A stretch of 64,000 nucleotides of DNA. Source: an uncultured delta proteobacterium. Its GTDB lineage: Bacteria > Desulfobacterota > RBG-13-43-22. A model generated the notes under the pieces. That model worked only from the letters and a program-made list of their open reading frames with translations, did not search any database and had not been told where the DNA came from. Position numbers and translations under genes: made by a program. Location of the stretch: assembly GCA_963711835.1 (NCBI GenBank), contig CAVQFQ010000017.1, positions 416,001-480,000 of the forward strand, given 5' to 3'. This document shows, piece after piece, positions 20,685-30,562 of this stretch (position 1 is the stretch's first letter; the number at the start of each line of letters is the position of its first letter).

Positions 20685-21944
20685 TTATTCCTTTTCCACT
20701 CGAGGCAGACGGATGGCCAAGGCCGCTCCTTTCCGGTCGCCCCGGTTAAAAAGCTCGATCTCCCCTCCCATTCCGGTGATCACCTTCTTGGAATAGGCCA
20801 GACCCAAACCGGTGCCATCCGGTTTAGTGGTATGGAAGGGTGTAAACAGATTAGAGAGCTCCTCGACAGGGATCCCCGGTCCGCTGTCTTCGATCCGGAT
20901 TTCCACCCACTTACCCCTTGACCTGCCCGTCACCCGGATCCGCGAGGGTCTTTCTGCAGCCTGGAGGGCATTTTGAAACCCATTAAGAAATACCCGGTAA
21001 AGCTTCCCGGCATCTCCCCAGACCCTCAAACCCTGCTCCAGTTTTATATCCACCGAATCCTTCTTATCTTGGAATTCCAAGGCGATCACCTCTTCCAGCA
21101 GCGGGGCTATATCCAGGGCCTTCCGTTCATAACTTTCTTCTTTGGAAAAAAGAAGCAGGTCATTGACCAGGGACTCGATCCGGTCTGTTCCCTTCAAAAC
21201 AAAGGCCAGGGCTGTTTTTTTGGGATCAGAGGCCTCTGTTTTTTCATCCACCCATTGGGCAAATCCCTTGATACCTCCCAGGGCGTTCCTGATTTCATGG
21301 CTCAGCACGGCAGTCATCTGCCCAATAACGGCCAATTGCCTTTTCTCTTCCAGTTCTTTTCCCAATCGAAGCTGGCGGTTAAACATCCTTTCCAAAAGAA
21401 TGCCGATGGTCCAGAGGATAATCAACACCAGGCCCACCGTCCACCAAATTCTTTCCGATTGGCTGATGATCCGGTCGGCCGGCGTCGTATGAAGGGCCAA
21501 CCTCAGCAGTTCAGCCTGGCCGTCCGGGCGGTGCAAAATGTAATTGAATTCAAAGACCGGCAGGCCGGTTCTTAAAAAGGTTCGCCTCCCCGAAGCCTTT
21601 CCCGATTGCAGCCATTGATCCAGTCCTTTTTCGGACAGGGTTGAACCTGCCAGTGCCGGGTTGGTGTGAAAAAGAACGGTCCCGTCACCCTTGGCGATCA
21701 AGGCATAGGCGACCACCCGGTCTGAAAAAAGGCGGCGGATTTGATCGCCCGGTCTGGTGCCGGACAATCGAAGTTCCATTTCCGCCGAAGAGGAAAGCGA
21801 CAGGGCCGTGCTTTCCAGGGCCTGGTCGGCCAGGCCCTGGGCAATCCGGGTATTTTGAGCGGTGGTATACAGGACAGCCGCCGTGGAAAGGAGCAGGAAG
21901 AGCACCAGGGACCCTCTTAGAATAGCAGGCAAATAGGGGCGCAT
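20685..21944 (-). CDS. Two-component sensor histidine kinase
   Basis: Two TM helices, SHEIRNAL H-box, DSGPGI and PFHTTKPDGTGLGL. Confidence 0.92.
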   Translation of the reverse strand: MRPYLPAILRGSLVLFLLLSTAAVLYTTAQNTRIAQGLADQALESTALSLSSSAEMELRLSGTRPGDQIRRLFSDRVVAYALIAKGDGTVLFHTNPALAGSTLSEKGLDQWLQSGKASGRRTFLRTGLPVFEFNYILHRPDGQAELLRLALHTTPADRIISQSERIWWTVGLVLIILWTIGILLERMFNRQLRLGKELEEKRQLAVIGQMTAVLSHEIRNALGGIKGFAQWVDEKTEASDPKKTALAFVLKGTDRIESLVNDLLLFSKEESYERKALDIAPLLEEVIALEFQDKKDSVDIKLEQGLRVWGDAGKLYRVFLNGFQNALQAAERPSRIRVTGRSRGKWVEIRIEDSGPGIPVEELSNLFTPFHTTKPDGTGLGLAYSKKVITGMGGEIELFNRGDRKGAALAIRLPRVEKE

Positions 21945-21948
21945 TCGG

Positions 21949-23586
21949 TTATCCGGAATTTTCTTTTAACTTCTCGACCATCATCTCACGCATCTTGAAT
22001 TTCTGGATCTTGCCGGAGCGGGTCATAGGGAAGGCCTCGACGAAGCGGATATAATCCGGCCAATGATCCTCAGGCAGATGCTCTCGACAGAAGGCGGCCA
22101 CCTGCTCCTCGGACAGGGCCGCTCCTTCCTTCAGGGTAATCCAAACGGCAATGACCTCACCCTTGGCCGCATCGGGCACCCCGAAGGCAGAGACCATAGC
22201 CGCCCCGGGCACCCGATAGAGCACTTCTTCGATCTCAGTCGGTAAAATCTCTTGCCCTTCTTTGACCATCACCTCTTTTAATCGGCCGGTGATGCGGAAA
22301 TAGCCCAGGCTGTCCCGAACCCCCAAATCCCCGGTGTGGAACCAGCCCTCCCGGTCGATAGCCCTGGCCGTGGCCTCGGGGTTTTGAAAATAGCCTTTCA
22401 TCAGAAATCCGCGGGTGCAGAGTTCACCCGGCCTGCCGTCCGGCGCTTCTTCGCCGCTAAGCGGGTCAATCACTTTGACCTCGCAATTCGGCAAGGCCGT
22501 ACCGATGGTGGAAACCCGCAACTCCAGGGGATCATCGGGAAGGGTCTGAGTCAGCCAGGAAGAGGCCTCGGTAATCCCGTAGGCAATGGCGATTTCCTTG
22601 ACCCCCATTTCCTGCACGACCCGATTCATGACCTCCAACGGACAGGGCGCCCCGCCGATGATGCCGGTACGGAGGGTTTCGATTTTGGCTTCTTTGAATG
22701 CCGGCGCTTCCAAAAGGGCCACCATCATGGAAGGGGACCCATAGACGGCGGTGCATCTTTCCCGGACCAGGGCCGAGAGGATCTCCGGCGGAGAAAATTG
22801 ATCCGAGGGGATGACCAGGGTCGCCCCCCGGATCAAGCCCGAGAGGGCAATGCAGGTATTTCCAAACATGTGGAAAAGCGGGAAGAAAAGGCAGAGCCGG
22901 TCCCTGGAGGTAATACCCAGCCTTTCCGTAGAGGCCAGAGATTTGTTAAGGACACCCAGGTGATCCAACATCACCCCCTTGGGCCTTCCGGTGGTGCCGG
23001 AGGTGTAGAGCAGCATCAAGGTTTCACCGGGATGGAGGCTTTTCTCTCGATTTCTTAATTCTCCCGCTGAAACGGCCTCTCCCCGGGCCTTTACATCCTC
23101 CAGGCTCAGAAGAGATGGCGGTGCCGGGGAAAACAAGGTAATGATGGATGATAATTCTGGAAATTTCCGGTTTTTTTTGGATCCGGCTTCCCAGAGTTCC
23201 GGTGTTAGGGAGTGGAGTATTTCAAGGTAGCTTCCATCAGGCCCACCTGCCGTGAGCACAGTTTTCACCCGGGCGAAAGAGAGGGCGTATTCCAGATCCT
23301 GTAGACCATACCCCGGGTCAAGGGCCACCAGGGTGGCTCCGATCTTGGCCAAGGCAAACTGCGAGATCAGCCATTCGGGGCAGTTCGGTCCCCAAAGGGC
23401 CACTGGATCTTCTTTATTTATACCCAGGGCCATCAACCCCCGGGCCAACCTTTCTACTTCATCCAGGAAAGAGCGATAGGTGTAACGAACTTGTCTTTGA
23501 ACATGGACCAAGGCCTCGTTTTCAGGAAATTGTTGGACTATCTGGTTTAACCAGGATCCGACGGTGGCCTTAACGGTCTCGGGCAT
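21949..23586 (-). CDS. AMP-binding acyl-CoA synthetase
   Basis: YTSGTTGRPKG, YGITE, HTGDLG and SGKIQK motifs. Confidence 0.92.
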   Translation of the reverse strand: MPETVKATVGSWLNQIVQQFPENEALVHVQRQVRYTYRSFLDEVERLARGLMALGINKEDPVALWGPNCPEWLISQFALAKIGATLVALDPGYGLQDLEYALSFARVKTVLTAGGPDGSYLEILHSLTPELWEAGSKKNRKFPELSSIITLFSPAPPSLLSLEDVKARGEAVSAGELRNREKSLHPGETLMLLYTSGTTGRPKGVMLDHLGVLNKSLASTERLGITSRDRLCLFFPLFHMFGNTCIALSGLIRGATLVIPSDQFSPPEILSALVRERCTAVYGSPSMMVALLEAPAFKEAKIETLRTGIIGGAPCPLEVMNRVVQEMGVKEIAIAYGITEASSWLTQTLPDDPLELRVSTIGTALPNCEVKVIDPLSGEEAPDGRPGELCTRGFLMKGYFQNPEATARAIDREGWFHTGDLGVRDSLGYFRITGRLKEVMVKEGQEILPTEIEEVLYRVPGAAMVSAFGVPDAAKGEVIAVWITLKEGAALSEEQVAAFCREHLPEDHWPDYIRFVEAFPMTRSGKIQKFKMREMMVEKLKENSG

Positions 23587-23674
23587 AGACCCTCCCAAAA
23601 AAATTTCTTTAGAGAAACTGTTGTCTCAACAATAGGGATATGCTACAGAACAAAGGACCTGGGCTAGTCTCGCA

Positions 23675-23732
23675 AAAAGTCAAAAAAGCCGTCCTTCCGG
23701 CGGAAGCCGGAGGGACGACCTGAGAGACTTTT
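23675..23732. repeat. REP/MITE-like palindromic element
   Basis: AAAAGTC...CGTCCTTCCGGC-GGAA-GCCGGAGGGACG...GACTTTT nested inverted repeats. Confidence 0.55.
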
Positions 23733-23785
23733 GACTACTTCATCATATAATGATCCCTTAACGGAAATCAATGAAGGATTGAATT

Positions 23786-24784
23786 ATGGTCGGCGACTCT
23801 TTTTATGCGGGTAAAAAAGTCTTGATCACCGGGGGACTGGGGTTTTTAGGCAGTACCCTGGCTATCCGGCTTATTGGCCTGGGGGCCCAGGTGTCCCTGT
23901 TGGACGGCCTGATCCCGGAACTGGGGGCCAATCCCTTCAATATCGACCCGGTCAAAGATCGGGTAAAGGTGGTCAGGGCCGATGTGGGGGATCGTTCCGC
24001 CACCGATTCCCTGGTGCAGGGTCAGGACCTGGTCTTCAATATGGCCATGCATTCCTGTCACCTGGAATCCATGTCCAACCCTTTGTATGACTTAGAAACC
24101 AATGTCATCCCCCAATATCATTTTCTGGAATCGCTTCGTTACCACAACCCGGAAGCCCGAGTCGTCTACATCGGCTCCCGGGCCCAGTTCGGCCAGGCCT
24201 TGACCATCCCCATTACCGAAGACACCCCGCCCAATCCCAAGGACATCTACGCGGCCACCAAGCAGGCCGTGGAATGGTACCATCTGCTCTACCGGAAGAT
24301 CTGCGGCCTGCGGGTTACTTCCCTGAGGCTGGGAAACACCTACGGTCCCCGCCACCAGATGCGCCACCCCAAATACGGGGTCCAGAATTACCTGATTCGC
24401 CTGGCCCTGGAAGACCGGGAGATCTCCATTTTCGGCGACGGCAGCCAGAAGAGGGAAATGATTTATGTGGACGATGTCATTTCCTGCCTGCTTCTCCTGG
24501 GGGCCGACGAGGCCTGTGTCGATCAGGTCTTCTGCATAGGCAGTGCCGAGTCCATCACCTTCCTGGAGCTGGTAAGGGAGATTATCCGGGCCTGCGGTTC
24601 CGGCCGGTACGTTCATGTCCCCTGGCCGGAAGACCGCAAGTCCATCGAGGTCGGGGACGTGGTTACCGACTTTTCCAAACTGACCCGCCGGACCGGTTGG
24701 CGGCCGACCACCCGGTTGTCTGAAGGGCTGGAAAAGACCGTGGATTTTTACCGAAAATACCGGCCCTATTACTGGGAAGCCTAA
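23786..24784 (+). CDS. NAD-dependent nucleotide-sugar epimerase/dehydratase
   Basis: TGGLGFLG, YAATK and NTYGPR motifs. Confidence 0.9.
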   Translation: MVGDSFYAGKKVLITGGLGFLGSTLAIRLIGLGAQVSLLDGLIPELGANPFNIDPVKDRVKVVRADVGDRSATDSLVQGQDLVFNMAMHSCHLESMSNPLYDLETNVIPQYHFLESLRYHNPEARVVYIGSRAQFGQALTIPITEDTPPNPKDIYAATKQAVEWYHLLYRKICGLRVTSLRLGNTYGPRHQMRHPKYGVQNYLIRLALEDREISIFGDGSQKREMIYVDDVISCLLLLGADEACVDQVFCIGSAESITFLELVREIIRACGSGRYVHVPWPEDRKSIEVGDVVTDFSKLTRRTGWRPTTRLSEGLEKTVDFYRKYRPYYWEA

Positions 24785-24830
24785 TCAGCCGCTGTTTGGC
24801 TTTCAGCCATGATTTTTTATAGGATGAAAA

Positions 24831-25649
24831 GTGCTTGATTATTGGACGACGGTCATACTGGGAATAGTTGAAGGCTTAACGGAATTCATTCCTGTTTCCT
24901 CGACCGGCCATCTCATCCTGGCCGGTCACCTTCTCCACTTTAAGGGCCGGGTGGCCGATACCTTTGAGGTAGTCATCCAATTGGGGGCGATTCTGGCGGT
25001 CATTTTCCTTTACCGCCGGAGATTTTCAGACCTCCTCCCCCGTAAAGGCTGGGCCGACCCTTCTTGGATCAGGAGACGATTGGTAGGAATCCGGGGCTGT
25101 ATTTTCCTGGGCTTGACCACCCTGCCGGCCCTGGTGGTCGGTCAATTGGCCTATCCCCTCATAAAAAGCCGTCTCTTTAATCCCCTCAGTGTCGCCTTGG
25201 CCCTGGCAGTAGGGGGCCTCGGGCTTCTCTGGGTTGAAAGCCGGCCATGGCGAATCAAGGCCGCCTCCCTTGATCAGATCCAATGGCAACAAGCCATTTT
25301 TATCGGCATCCTGCAATGTTTTTCCATGTGGCCGGGGATTTCCAGGGCCGGGGCCACCATAATCGGAGGACTCCTTTCCGGATTGGACCGCAAAACCGCG
25401 GCCGAATATTCCTTCCTGGCCGCCGTCCCGGTCATGATGGCCGCTACCGGATACGACCTCATGAAATCATGGACCTATTTTAAGCTGGGGGACCTCTATT
25501 TTTTAGGCCTTGGGTTTGTGGTTTCTTTTGTAGTGGCTACCTTCACTGTGGCAGCCTTTATCCGCCTTCTTCAGCGCTGGACCTTGAAACCCTTTGCCTG
25601 GTACCGGCTGGCCCTGGCTCCTATTATTTGGTTCTTTTGGCCCCGTTGA
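24831..25649 (+). CDS. uppP: Undecaprenyl-diphosphate phosphatase
   Basis: GIVEGLTEFIPVSSTGHL, PGISRAGATI and AAEYSF motifs. Confidence 0.95.
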   Translation: MLDYWTTVILGIVEGLTEFIPVSSTGHLILAGHLLHFKGRVADTFEVVIQLGAILAVIFLYRRRFSDLLPRKGWADPSWIRRRLVGIRGCIFLGLTTLPALVVGQLAYPLIKSRLFNPLSVALALAVGGLGLLWVESRPWRIKAASLDQIQWQQAIFIGILQCFSMWPGISRAGATIIGGLLSGLDRKTAAEYSFLAAVPVMMAATGYDLMKSWTYFKLGDLYFLGLGFVVSFVVATFTVAAFIRLLQRWTLKPFAWYRLALAPIIWFFWPR

Positions 25650-25738
25650 CAAAATCCGCCCGGCTCCTTTTTTCGACCCCATTTGCAATTTGTTGGGATT
25701 GACCTTATAGTGTAATCGGTACGTTATGGACAAAGGAA

Positions 25739-26425
25739 ATGCGTTATTACCCGATATTTCTTGATTTAGAGAATAGGCCTTGTCTGGTGATCGGGGGAGG
25801 GCAGGTGGGGGAACGGAAGGTCAGGACCTTGCAGGAATGCGGGGCCGAGGTCCGCTTGATCAGCCGGGATCTGACCCCTTACCTGGAGCGGGAGGTTCAG
25901 GAAGATCGCCTTCTCTTACTGGCCCAGGATTATAAACCCGAATTAATGGAGGCCTGTTTCCTGGTGATCGGGGCCACTGATGATCCCCTGGTCAACCGGC
26001 AAATCAGCCGGGAGGCCAAGCGGAGAGGTATTTTGTGCAACATCGTCGACAGTCCCCGGGACTGTAATTTCATCCTTCCCTCCCTGGTCCGGCGCGGCGA
26101 TTTGGTCCTGGCTGTTTCGACTTCGGGAAAAAGCCCGGCCCTGGCCAAGAAGATCCGCCGCCAACTGGAAAAGGACTTCCCGGAAACCTATGAGGTCTAT
26201 CTCAAGCTCCTAGGCAAAATCCGGCTCCACGTGCTGGCCCAGGCCTGGCCCCAGGAAGATAATCAACGACTTTTTGAAACCCTGGTCGATTCCCCCCTGT
26301 TATCCTGGTTGGCATCCGGGGACTTCAAGGCCGTTACCGGCTTCCTGGCCCATCTCCTGGAGCCCCCGTTACCCCTTTCAGAATTGGCGGCTATTCTCAA
26401 TCACCCTTTTCCTCCAAACCAGTGA
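25739..26425 (+). CDS. sirC: Precorrin-2 dehydrogenase / sirohydrochlorin ferrochelatase (SirC/CysG N-terminal type)
   Basis: YYPIFL, GGGQVG.RK, NIVD.P..C.F and STSGKSPALA motifs. Confidence 0.88.
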   Translation: MRYYPIFLDLENRPCLVIGGGQVGERKVRTLQECGAEVRLISRDLTPYLEREVQEDRLLLLAQDYKPELMEACFLVIGATDDPLVNRQISREAKRRGILCNIVDSPRDCNFILPSLVRRGDLVLAVSTSGKSPALAKKIRRQLEKDFPETYEVYLKLLGKIRLHVLAQAWPQEDNQRLFETLVDSPLLSWLASGDFKAVTGFLAHLLEPPLPLSELAAILNHPFPPNQ

Positions 26426-26431
26426 GGAGCC

Positions 26432-27301
26432 ATGGCCTTAATTTTTTTTAAGATCTCCTTAACACTCTACTTAGCCGGTACGTTGGGATACCTTCTTTTT
26501 ATTATTTTCCAAAAAAAAGAGCTGGCCCGGTATTCCTATCGCCTGCTGGGCATCGGCTTTGTCTTTCACTCCCTGGCCATCGGCCTGAAATATTATCAGG
26601 CCGGCTATTTCCCGGTCACCACCCTTAGGGAATCCCTCTCATTTTTCGCCTGGGCTATTATCGGGGTTTATCTCCTGATTCAACTCCGGTTCAACATCAG
26701 GGTCCTGGGCTCCTTTCTTTCTCCCCTGGCCGCCATTATGATGATCAGTTCTTCTTTCCTGCCCGCTCAAACCGTACCGGGGCCTCCCTTGTTGCGGAGC
26801 TTTTGGCTGCTGGTCCATGTGGTGACCATCTTTCTGGGAAACGGGGTCTTTGCCATCGCTTTCCTGGCCGGCCTGATGTATCTCATACAGGAAAAGGAGA
26901 TCAAATCAAAGCGTCTGGGAACACTCTATCACCGCCTGCCCTCTCTGGAAGTCCTGGATGCCCTCAATTACAACTGTCTGATTATAGGCTTCCCCTTATT
27001 AACCCTGGGGATGCTGAGCGGTTCCCTGTATGCTCAGGCCACCCTGGGGACCTTCTGGCGCTGGGATCCCAAAGAGGTCTGGTCATTGATCACCTGGTTG
27101 CTCTACGCCGCCCTTCTGCATGGCCGCCTGGTCAGCGGCTGGCGAGGTCGGCGTTCGGCCCAAATATCTATTTTCGGATTTCTGATTCTGATTTTTTCCT
27201 TTGTGGGGGTCAATTTTTGGGTCAAGGGTTATCACACCTTTTCCAGCTTCCAGAATTCCCCCCCTCCGATCATTGAAGCGGCACCGGAGGAAAAAAAGTA
27301 A
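26432..27301 (+). CDS. ccsA: Cytochrome c biogenesis protein CcsA/CcsB (HemX-like)
   Basis: WRWDPKEVWSLITW (WWD domain), conserved His, GWRGRR. Confidence 0.88.
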   Translation: MALIFFKISLTLYLAGTLGYLLFIIFQKKELARYSYRLLGIGFVFHSLAIGLKYYQAGYFPVTTLRESLSFFAWAIIGVYLLIQLRFNIRVLGSFLSPLAAIMMISSSFLPAQTVPGPPLLRSFWLLVHVVTIFLGNGVFAIAFLAGLMYLIQEKEIKSKRLGTLYHRLPSLEVLDALNYNCLIIGFPLLTLGMLSGSLYAQATLGTFWRWDPKEVWSLITWLLYAALLHGRLVSGWRGRRSAQISIFGFLILIFSFVGVNFWVKGYHTFSSFQNSPPPIIEAAPEEKK

Positions 27302-27408
27302 ATGAACAGGTGCTTCATTTTTTTATCCTTCTTGGCTGCCTGTCCCAGAGCGACTCAGGGATTTAGTATGACCCAGACAGCCTTTGATTCGGTTGCCGCG
27401 GTTTTGAG

Positions 27409-28701
27409 GTGTCTCTCTTGGAAATTGTACTGGTAGGCCTCAATCATAAGACAGCCTGCCTGGAGCTTAGGGAACAACTGACCGGCTCTCTAAGCCGTAA
27501 CGGCTCGGCCCTGCTTGAGACTAAAAAACTCCCCTTGGTCGAGGAATGTCTTTTTCTGAACACCTGCAACCGGGTAGAGGTCCTTTTTACGACCGATTCC
27601 CCTGAGCAGGGGGGTCGGGAACTAATCGGGTTTTGGGCCGGGGGTGTTCTTAAATCGCCTTCAGAACTCAAGGGCCATCTTTATATTTATCGGTCCGATG
27701 ACGCCGTCCGCCACTTCTTTCGGGTTGCGGCCAGCCTGGATTCCATGGTTGTGGGAGAACCCCAGATCCTTGGTCAACTCAAGGAGGCTTATCGCGAGGC
27801 GGTGAGACTTCACACCACCGGTGTCATACTCAATCGGCTGCTGCATAAGACCTTTTCCGTAGCCAAGCGCATCCGCACCGAAACAGGCATAGCCAGCCAT
27901 GCCGTTTCGATCAGCTTCGCCGCGGTTGAATTGACCAAAAAGATTTTTCAGGACCTGACCGGTAAAAAGGTCCTGGTCATCGGTGCCGGGGAAATGGCCG
28001 AGCTGGCCGTTGAACACCTGCTCACCAACAGGGTGCAAAAGGTTATCGTGGCCAACCGCACCCTGGAGCGGGCCCTGGACCTGGCCAGGCGCTGGCAGGG
28101 ATCGGCCATTTCACTGGAAGAAGTCCCCACGGCCCTGACCGAAGCAGACATCGTCATCAGTTCAACCGGCGCCCCGGAGTTGATCATCCACCATGGCCAG
28201 GTCAAGGGCATCATGAAACAGCGAAGACAAAGGCCCCTCTTTTTTATCGACATTGCCGTACCTCGGGACATCGACCCCAAAATCAACGAACTGGACAACG
28301 TCTATCTGTACGACATTGATGATCTGCAGGGGGTGGTCACCCAGAACCTGGCCCAGCGAAAGAACGAGGCCCTTCAGGCCGAACGGATCATCCAGGAAGA
28401 GGCCATCAAGTTTCGCTCCTGGCTGACAGGTCTGGAAGTGGTCCCCACCATTAAATCCCTGCGAAAAAAAATGGAAGCGGTTCTCCAAGGGGAGTGGAAA
28501 AAAGCCGGCTCCCTGCTCCAGGAATTGACGCCGGAGCAAAACAAAACCATTGAACTGATGACCCAATCCATCCTGAATAAGGTCCTGCATGATCCCATCA
28601 CCTTTTTAAAGGAACCGCAGCATCAGGGCCGGAAGGATGAACGAATCGATTTGGTTCAAAAGATTTTCAATCTTGGCAAAGAAGAAGGCGAGGATTTGTA
28701 G
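27409..28701 (+). CDS. hemA: Glutamyl-tRNA reductase
   Basis: GLNHKTA, TCNRVE, GEPQILGQ, GAGEM and DIAVPRD motifs. Confidence 0.97.
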   Translation: MSLLEIVLVGLNHKTACLELREQLTGSLSRNGSALLETKKLPLVEECLFLNTCNRVEVLFTTDSPEQGGRELIGFWAGGVLKSPSELKGHLYIYRSDDAVRHFFRVAASLDSMVVGEPQILGQLKEAYREAVRLHTTGVILNRLLHKTFSVAKRIRTETGIASHAVSISFAAVELTKKIFQDLTGKKVLVIGAGEMAELAVEHLLTNRVQKVIVANRTLERALDLARRWQGSAISLEEVPTALTEADIVISSTGAPELIIHHGQVKGIMKQRRQRPLFFIDIAVPRDIDPKINELDNVYLYDIDDLQGVVTQNLAQRKNEALQAERIIQEEAIKFRSWLTGLEVVPTIKSLRKKMEAVLQGEWKKAGSLLQELTPEQNKTIELMTQSILNKVLHDPITFLKEPQHQGRKDERIDLVQKIFNLGKEEGEDL

Positions 28702-28703
28702 CG

Positions 28704-29099
28704 ATGGCCGATATCATTGCCCTGGAAGAACGCATCAGGAAACAGCGGGAGCAGGCCCTTTCCCAAAAAAAAATAAAAAGGCTCAATTCCTTCTGGATGG
28801 CCCTGCAGTGTTCCGGCTGCCATCTCAAGTGTCCCAAGTGCGGCTTCCAACTCGAAGCCCCCCAGCCCCAGACTATTTCGGAGGAGTTGCCCGTTCGGCT
28901 CTGCCAGGCCTGCTGGGAAGAATACCTCCTCTACCGGGAAATGACTTCCGGCCGGACTCCGGTTACGGAGCAAGCCTATTATCATAACCAGGCCTGGCTG
29001 GAAATCTGGACCTCCTGGCTTCAATACCAGCGAAGTCTCCAGGGCTACCGGAATTCAAAAGAATTCTTGAGGTTGCTGGAAGAATTGAACCGGAAATAA
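28704..29099 (+). CDS. Hypothetical Cys-rich (probable zinc-binding) protein
   Basis: CSGC..KCPKC and LCQAC; 2 bp downstream of hemA. Confidence 0.7.
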   Translation: MADIIALEERIRKQREQALSQKKIKRLNSFWMALQCSGCHLKCPKCGFQLEAPQPQTISEELPVRLCQACWEEYLLYREMTSGRTPVTEQAYYHNQAWLEIWTSWLQYQRSLQGYRNSKEFLRLLEELNRK

Positions 29100-29232
29100 G
29101 GGAAAAAATGGTAAGGGGGACGCTCCTTCAGCAGATTCTTATTAAGGGTCTCAAAATAATAGTGACCCCCCGGTCCCATTTAATGCAAGCTCCTCAATTT
29201 CAGGTCAAGACTATTATGAGACCCTTAATAAT

Positions 29233-29649
29233 TTAAAAGGGAATATCATCATCAGGGATTCCGCCCCCGGACTGCGGTTCGGCGGCCCCCAAATCCTTTT
29301 CATGAGGAACCCGTTCACCGGCCGGGCCCAGCATCTGCATGGTCTGGGCCAGTATCTCGGTGGTATACCGCTTGTTCCCTTCCCGGTCCTCCCAGGAGCG
29401 GGTGCGCAGTTTGCCCTCGATGTAAACCTGTTTGCCTTTGGCCAAATACTCCCCACAGATCTCCCCTAATCGAGCCCAGGCTACGATCCGGTGCCATTCG
29501 GTTCGATCTTCCTTGGTCCCGTCCTTGTTGACCCAGACATCTTTGGTGGCGATATTGAAGTTGGCCACTGCCGTCCCGGTGGCTGTATAGCGCAGTTCCG
29601 GATCAGCCCCCAGGTTTCCTATAAGAATGACCTTGTTTACCGAAGCCAT
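29233..29649 (-). CDS. ssb: Single-stranded DNA-binding protein
   Basis: [19 protein letters not shown] and C-terminal DDDIPF. Confidence 0.97.
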   Translation of the reverse strand: MASVNKVILIGNLGADPELRYTATGTAVANFNIATKDVWVNKDGTKEDRTEWHRIVAWARLGEICGEYLAKGKQVYIEGKLRTRSWEDREGNKRYTTEILAQTMQMLGPAGERVPHEKDLGAAEPQSGGGIPDDDIPF

Positions 29650-29741
29650 AATGCCTCCTCTTCCTAAGCTTTAGCCTTCTTTGAGAATTTTTAACATAAG
29701 TCCCCCCGAGGGGCAAGACTTAATCAACCCGTAATCATCAA

Positions 29742-29770
29742 TTGACTAATCACCCTCAATTGATTATGAT
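29742..29770 (+). promoter_or_regulatory. sigma70-type promoter of plsC-rnj-ftsK-lolA
   Basis: TTGACT-17 bp-TATGAT, overlapped by two TCAATTGA palindromes. Confidence 0.6.
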
Positions 29771-29815
29771 TTGGCTTGGCAAACTACCCCAACAGATGCA
29801 GAAAGCAGGAGCCCC

Positions 29816-30508
29816 TTGCGCAGCCTCTTGGTCTATCCTCTTTTTATTGTGCTGACTGTTGTCTTCAGTCTAATCGCCATACTGGTCGCCCTGGTTGATT
29901 CCTCGGGGAATCGCTCACACCAGGCGGCTTCCCTCTGGGCCACCTGGATTCTTATTCTCAGCGGGGTCCGGGTCCGGGTAACCAATCTAAACCTTCTGAC
30001 TCCCGGCCAGCCCTATATCCTGGCCGCCAACCATCAGAGCGCCTTCGATATTTTTGCCCTGTTATCCAAATTAAAGATACAATTCCGTTGGCTGGCCAAG
30101 GAAAGCCTCTTTAAGGTCCCTGTCTTCGGCTGGGCCATGAAGCGGGCCGGTTATATTCCGATCGATCGTTCCAATGCCAAGAAGGCCTATCAAAGCCTTA
30201 TGCAAGCTGCGGAAAAAATAAAAGCCGGGACTTCGATTCTGATCTTTCCCGAAGGCACCCGCCAGGACCCGTTCACCTTGGGGGAATTCAAGAGCGGCGG
30301 CTTTCACCTGGCTTTAAAATCCAAGCAGCCTATCGTCCCGGTCAGCATACGCGGCAGCGGACAGGTTCTGCCTAAAAACGGTTTCTGGATTCAACCCGGA
30401 ACCATACAGGTAACGGTAGGCGATCCGATTCCCACCAAGGGCTATACCTCCAAAAAAATGAATGAATTAATGGAAAAAGTCCGGGAAGGCATTGCCAAAA
30501 ATTTATAA
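29816..30508 (+). CDS. plsC: 1-acyl-sn-glycerol-3-phosphate acyltransferase
   Basis: NHQSAFD, IDR and FPEGTR; TTG start after GGAG chosen because the ORF-track start abuts the -10 box. Confidence 0.88.
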   Translation: MRSLLVYPLFIVLTVVFSLIAILVALVDSSGNRSHQAASLWATWILILSGVRVRVTNLNLLTPGQPYILAANHQSAFDIFALLSKLKIQFRWLAKESLFKVPVFGWAMKRAGYIPIDRSNAKKAYQSLMQAAEKIKAGTSILIFPEGTRQDPFTLGEFKSGGFHLALKSKQPIVPVSIRGSGQVLPKNGFWIQPGTIQVTVGDPIPTKGYTSKKMNELMEKVREGIAKNL

Positions 30509-30562
30509 TCTCAGACCGGACTTTCTTCCGAAACCTTTTTAAATCTGTTAAAGGCCCTATCA

